From: a virus | Taxonomy: Duplodnaviria; Heunggongvirae; Uroviricota; Caudoviricetes | Strand: one strand, 5' to 3' | DNA: 45,072 nucleotides | Virus record (IMG/VR): IMGVR_UViG_3300009514_000009 | Part shown: piece after piece, positions 42,585 to 45,072 of the stretch | Position numbering within the stretch: position 1 is the stretch's first letter | How the letters are laid out: each line of letters begins with the position of its first letter | Translations under genes and position numbers: made by a program | Notes under the pieces: generated by a model | What the model saw: only the letters and a program-made list of their open reading frames with translations | The model's database searches: none | Told to the model about the DNA's origin: nothing

Positions 42585-43369
42585 GCGGTCTGCTCCTTGT
42601 ACGTCTCGAAGCCCGCTTGAGGGACCCAGAGATCCTTGCTCACCGGATGGGCGATGACCGACGGGTCCATCAGGTAGAACCCGTCATCACCCCAGCCGGT
42701 GCCCCACGAGTTCTCGCCGATGAACAGCCCGTCCTGCCAACCCACGAGCACCGTAGCGTGGCGGCCCGTGGCGTCATCATCGGGGACCACCTTGAGCGTC
42801 TGCCCCTTCTTGTAGCCGCTCCACGACTTGTCCACGTTGGTCCCGAACACCACCGGGTTGCCCGCTTGCAGGGCCTCGATGACCATCTCCACTCGGGACA
42901 GACCCGTCGCCCGGATCTTGTAGAAGCTCTTGATCTTCGACACGTAGGCCTTCCGCATGGCGTCCCAGCTCGGGGCCTCGTAGATGCGGGCGGTGTCCCA
43001 CGGATGATCCACCTCCGGCGGGACCCCGAATCGCCGCATCGCGTCGAAGGCGTGCGAGATGTACGTCCCGTCGTCCTTGTCCGTCTCCTTGGGGAACATC
43101 AGGTTGCGGGCCATCCAGTAGACGGCCAGCCGGGAGAGGTCGATGTGGGCCTCGTGGCCACGCTCTTGGATGCGCTTGATTTCCAGCGCCTTGACCGTGG
43201 CCTGCGCGACGCACGAGCTGGTGCTGCGCTGGTTGTGCCGTGGGCTGGTCAGTGGTCGAAGGTCCACATCCCCCGCGGAGATCTGCACCATCTTGGCCCG
43301 CAGCTTGTCCTCAAAGCCCCAGTGCCTCGGGCTGTCAGGTTCTTCGCGGAAGCCTTGGAGGTTGGGCAT
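42581..43369 (-). CDS. papain-like cysteine peptidase (C1A)
   Basis: NQRSTSSCVAQA (Gln/Cys), RHATVLVGW, ENSWGTGWGDDGF. Confidence 0.92.
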   Translation of the reverse strand: MPNLQGFREEPDSPRHWGFEDKLRAKMVQISAGDVDLRPLTSPRHNQRSTSSCVAQATVKALEIKRIQERGHEAHIDLSRLAVYWMARNLMFPKETDKDDGTYISHAFDAMRRFGVPPEVDHPWDTARIYEAPSWDAMRKAYVSKIKSFYKIRATGLSRVEMVIEALQAGNPVVFGTNVDKSWSGYKKGQTLKVVPDDDATGRHATVLVGWQDGLFIGENSWGTGWGDDGFYLMDPSVIAHPVSKDLWVPQAGFETYKEQTA

Positions 43370-43425
43370 CGTGGGCTCCTGTTGTTCGTCCTCTGCTACC
43401 GTACCCGCATAGCCCCACTACCGGA

Positions 43426-44247
43426 TCAGGGTTTCGTGCCAACGATGAAGGGCTCCCAACCGGGCTTGAGTGCAGTCGCCCAGCCGTCGAACCGAGCAGC
43501 CTCCTCACTCGCCGCCTCGGTTACACGGTAAGCATTGTCCCACCGCACACCATCCTGCTGGTAGCCAAAGTCACCACCGACTTTGGCTACGGTCTTGGCC
43601 TTGCCACCATCCGATGAATGGCGGTGCTCCCGGCTCGGGATGGCTTGCTGGATGTAGTCGTCGAAGCGGTTGTCGAGCTGGAGCACGCTCTTGAGCTTGG
43701 ACCATTCCTCCGGGGTGGGCAGGTACGCCTCAGAAGCTCGTTGCCCCCCTCGACCCTCGACCCATGAGTACCGGGTGGTGCCCCCGAACACTTGCCGGTC
43801 CACCGAAGCCTTGGACAGCCCCAAGGCTTCTCGTTGCTCCCGCAAGTGCGCCTGAATCTCGGCCTCGACTGCCGAATCGCACCCGAAGTGCTTGTCCACA
43901 GCCTTGGAAGTATTCAGGTACTTCGGAAACCCGCTCCCGTAGGCCCATGCCTCAAGGCTCTGCTCGGGGTCGAGGAAGAATCCGACCTCCTCCATCGCCG
44001 CTGCGAGGCGGTGGAACGTGCGTGTCGCCGAGAAGACCTTGATGATGCCGCCAGATGGGAGGACACCAAAGCACGCCTCCAGCCACTTGCGATGCCACTC
44101 AGCGTTCTCTCCACCCTCCCCTTCGGAGTCCCAAGTCTTGCCCATGAAGGAGATCAGGTATGGGGGGTCGCAGACCACCGCCCCAACACCCTCCAGCGTG
44201 GCGATGATCTCAAAGCTGTCACCCAGCCGGAGGGTGATGGTCGGCAT
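43426..44247 (-). CDS. N4/N6 DNA methyltransferase N-half (DPPY) with inserted HTH
   Basis: VVCDPPY...WAYGSGFPK...LREQREALGLSKASV...GWATALKPGWEPFIVGTKP*; no FxGxG. Confidence 0.8.
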   Translation of the reverse strand: MPTITLRLGDSFEIIATLEGVGAVVCDPPYLISFMGKTWDSEGEGGENAEWHRKWLEACFGVLPSGGIIKVFSATRTFHRLAAAMEEVGFFLDPEQSLEAWAYGSGFPKYLNTSKAVDKHFGCDSAVEAEIQAHLREQREALGLSKASVDRQVFGGTTRYSWVEGRGGQRASEAYLPTPEEWSKLKSVLQLDNRFDDYIQQAIPSREHRHSSDGGKAKTVAKVGGDFGYQQDGVRWDNAYRVTEAASEEAARFDGWATALKPGWEPFIVGTKP

Positions 44248-45072
44248 CAGTCGTCACCCAGCAGGTCGAACAGGCCCAACTCAGGTGCAGCTTCCACCTC
44301 GACCGGCTCCAGATCCGACACGATGTCCGCCCCCTGCCACCCGACGTGAGCCCGGTCCCAGTGACGGATGCGGGCCTCGGCGATGGGCAGGTACTCGGGG
44401 TCCCGCTCGATGCCCACGAAGTCGTGACCCGTCATCGTGCAGGCGATGCCCGTCGTCCCTGAGCCCATGAACGGGTCAAGCACCGGGCCTTGGTCCTTTG
44501 GCACGTCGGCGAGCAGCCGCTTCATCAGCTCAATGGGCTTCACGGTATTGTGGCTCATGCCCACAGCCGTCTGGAAGGTGGGATTCCCATTCACGGTGAG
44601 GTTCCACACGTCGCCCTTGTACGGGACCGCCTTGACGTTCTGAACGTAGGACAGGCGGTACACGACACCCTCGTGCTCCATCGTGACGGGCCGAGCGGGT
44701 TTCCGCTTCTGCTGGTTCATGTCCCGCTCGTAGAACCGAATCTGGTAGGACGGCAGGGTGCTCTTGAACTTGCGGGTGCCCACCTTGCCCGGAGCAGCTT
44801 CGTAGCGAAACAGGTTGGCCTTGGTGCCCAGAGCCTCCCCCAACAGTCTCATCTGAGAAGCCAGGTCAGGGGAGACGGTCTTGGCTTGCCGGTAGGTGCG
44901 GACCTTGCCCCCGTCCCCCGCCATGTAGCCGTCGAAGACCGCCTGCCAGACCAATCGGGTTCTCCACCAGATGATGTAGGGCAGCCTCTTGTTCGACGCC
45001 CCGCACGGGGAACCCTCTTGGAACTGCGACCCCACCTCCGGGTCGAAACCGATGATCTGCACCGCCTTGGAG
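44247..45072 (-). CDS. partial beta-class N4/N6 DNA methyltransferase (SAM-binding part) with intein; 5' end outside window
   Basis: HN|TVKPIELMKRLL...VLDPFMGSGTTG...FVGIERD; frame open to the window end. Confidence 0.85.
   Translation of the reverse strand, partial: SKAVQIIGFDPEVGSQFQEGSPCGASNKRLPYIIWWRTRLVWQAVFDGYMAGDGGKVRTYRQAKTVSPDLASQMRLLGEALGTKANLFRYEAAPGKVGTRKFKSTLPSYQIRFYERDMNQQKRKPARPVTMEHEGVVYRLSYVQNVKAVPYKGDVWNLTVNGNPTFQTAVGMSHNTVKPIELMKRLLADVPKDQGPVLDPFMGSGTTGIACTMTGHDFVGIERDPEYLPIAEARIRHWDRAHVGWQGADIVSDLEPVEVEAAPELGLFDLLGDD
44547..45072 (-). mobile_element. C-terminal part of an intein in the DNA methyltransferase
   Basis: FDGYMAGDG (LAGLIDADG-like), VWNLTV...GMSHN followed by Thr. 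Confidence 0.85.

Noticed and set aside
1-45072. tRNA, rRNA or CRISPR array
   Set aside because: No cloverleaf with a T-loop and no regularly spaced repeat-spacer series seen by eye. The bipartite motif is dispersed and gene-linked, not an array.
1-45072. Genome-wide TGA or TAG recoding
   Set aside because: Many well-defined genes end in TGA or TAG with coupled overlaps (TGATG, ATGA, GTGA), so the standard code fits.

Overview
GC-rich, densely coding 45 kb segment that reads as part of a jumbo/giant tailed-phage genome; a Myxococcota-like host is possible but is only an inference. It has no rRNA, tRNA or CRISPR array and no bacterial housekeeping operon. Recognisable genes: family A DNA polymerase with a LAGLIDADG intein, CHC2 primase-type zinc finger, thymidine kinase, deoxynucleoside kinase, MazG-like pyrophosphohydrolase, DEDDh exonuclease, ADP-ribosylglycohydrolase, HD hydrolase, two HAD proteins, CoaB-like ligase, SDR, SAM methyltransferase, degenerate glutamine synthetase, papain-like protease, three free-standing homing endonucleases, InPase/ferritin-like polyvalent proteins, and three N4/N6 DNA methyltransferase genes or half-genes. 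Most striking sequence-level observations: (1) 13 copies of a rigid bipartite motif GGCTCA-N16-AGTAGT, each upstream of a gene start; (2) an RF1-like release factor with an intact RF2-type CTT-TGA-C +1 frameshift signal, cut off before GGQ; (3) an apparently split/permuted methyltransferase set; (4) a capsid-like LPIYDKDP motif repeated as an exact 23-nt match, one copy in frame behind a single UGA; (5) several gene-breaking junctions next to opposite-strand HNH genes. Family calls come from motif recognition by eye; no database search was run.
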